Shown: positions 63,402 to 64,000 of the stretch, piece by piece
How the letters are laid out: each line of letters begins with the position of its first letter
Position numbering within the stretch: position 1 is the stretch's first letter
IMG/VR virus record: IMGVR_UViG_3300028361_000024
Coordinates: 3,829 to 67,828 of that record
Length of the DNA stretch: 64,000 nt
Direction: 5' to 3' (one strand)
Source of the DNA: a virus
Made by a program: the position numbers and the translations under genes
Notes under the pieces: model-generated
Databases searched by the model: none
Seen by the model: only the letters and a program-made list of their open reading frames with translations
What the model was told of the DNA's origin: nothing

Positions 63402-63632
63402 CTAACCTACGTAGCTTTCGCCCGTGTAGTCTCGTTTTTCTTGGCAAGCGGGGCAGGCCCACTCGCCCCACTCTTCTCCGTTGTAGGCGGACAAGTCAAT
63501 CTCGATGTCTTGGTCTTGCTCAAACATCGCGCAGTCGTTGTTCCAGCACTGAACCACGCGTTCACCCGTGTATTCAATGTCTGGGCCAGCAATCTGATAC
63601 TCGCTACCAGTCACGCCCGCTGGGTAGTTCAT
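63402..63632 (-). CDS. Small Zn-ribbon protein
   Basis: NYPAGVTG...IAGP, CWNNDC...WACPAC. Confidence 0.72.
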   Translation of the reverse strand: MNYPAGVTGSEYQIAGPDIEYTGERVVQCWNNDCAMFEQDQDIEIDLSAYNGEEWGEWACPACQEKRDYTGESYVG

Positions 63633-63760
63633 TTTTCTTCCTTAGTTGACACCATAATCGCGCCGCACTCAAGAAAAGCCTCGGTGACACGGTCTACGTC
63701 CCAGGGGTCCACCAGTACGGTGGCGGTCTTGAAATCTGGGTAAGTGGCTATTATTTGCAT
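63629..63760 (-). CDS. 43-aa hypothetical early protein
   Basis: ATG after GAAGGGAAACAAA. Confidence 0.62.
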   Translation of the reverse strand: MQIIATYPDFKTATVLVDPWDVDRVTEAFLECGAIMVSTKEEK

Positions 63761-63787
63761 TTTGTTTCCCTTCGTCGTTGTGTTTCT

Positions 63788-63816
63788 ATTATACAGACTT
63801 ATCTGACATTTTGCAA
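63788..63816 (-). promoter_or_regulatory. SigA-type promoter
   Basis: TTGCAA-17nt(AATGTCAGATAAGTCTG)-TATAAT. Confidence 0.75.
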
Positions 63817-63818
63817 GT

Positions 63819-63998
63819 TTAGAAGCAAGTGTCGCAAGTGCAGTGCGCCTTCTTGCCACTCTGGCATCGGTCTGTGGCCTCGTGCCTCGGTGACATTCCG
63901 TATGCGTTGTAGGTGCACTCCTCGATACCGCACGCGGTGTAGTGGTAGGTATTGACCTGTGCGCCACGGCATTGGGTGCAAGTTGTCTCGCAAGGCTC
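63819..63998 (-). CDS. C-terminal part of a Cys/His-rich protein (start outside window)
   Basis: Reads ...PRHEATDRCQSGKKAHCTCDTCF*. Confidence 0.65.
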   Translation of the reverse strand, partial: EPCETTCTQCRGAQVNTYHYTACGIEECTYNAYGMSPRHEATDRCQSGKKAHCTCDTCF

Positions 63999-64000
63999 AC

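Larger units (their letters stand above)
52802..63402. repeat. Dispersed polar motif (G/A)GGTAAAAA(A/T), about 18 copies
   Basis: Plus-strand text TTTTTACC(C/T) at ~53513, 54241, 54880, 55936, 56226, 56675, 57343, 58318, 58756, 59322, 59775, 60919, 61432, 61622, 62377, 62421, 63392; opposite orientation at 52802. Confidence 0.8.

Noticed and set aside
1-64000. tRNA, rRNA or integrase genes
   Set aside because: No cloverleaf with T-loop/CCA, rRNA-like tract or recombinase motif recognised by eye; tRNAscan-SE/Infernal would be needed to exclude them

Overview
A 64-kb segment of a tailed dsDNA siphovirus-type phage. The host is almost certainly an actinobacterium, judged from two WhiB genes, SigA-type promoters, leaderless genes and a hexamer/pentamer capsid gene layout like mycobacteriophage cluster B; a freshwater lineage is plausible but is inference. 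Order along the window: methyltransferase plus GT2-TPR glycosyltransferase (+); WhiB and small genes; replication/recombination block (GT-B glycosyltransferase, SSB, AAA ATPase, Cas4/RecB-like nuclease, SNF2 helicase, RuvC-like resolvase, intein-containing PolA); complete tail module; an unusually expanded head module; a ~640-bp non-coding strand switch; a 13-kb early-like region of promoter-gene-terminator cassettes with a MoxR/VWA pair and a lysis-like trio. The head module holds portal, Dps, a DUF5824-like protein, a ~3,200-aa multi-enzyme protein, two small acidic proteins, a 1,636-aa protease polyprotein and two capsid proteins. The two strongest candidates for a new system are (1) a putative capsid-loaded multi-enzyme cargo (exonuclease + Nudix + kinase + WYL-like + ART-like) with a shared N-terminal domain and recurring candidate cleavage motifs, and (2) a dense, strand-polar GGGTAAAAA motif plus a promoter family with a conserved GCAGG spacer box in the early region. 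All domain calls come from motif recognition by eye; no searches were run.
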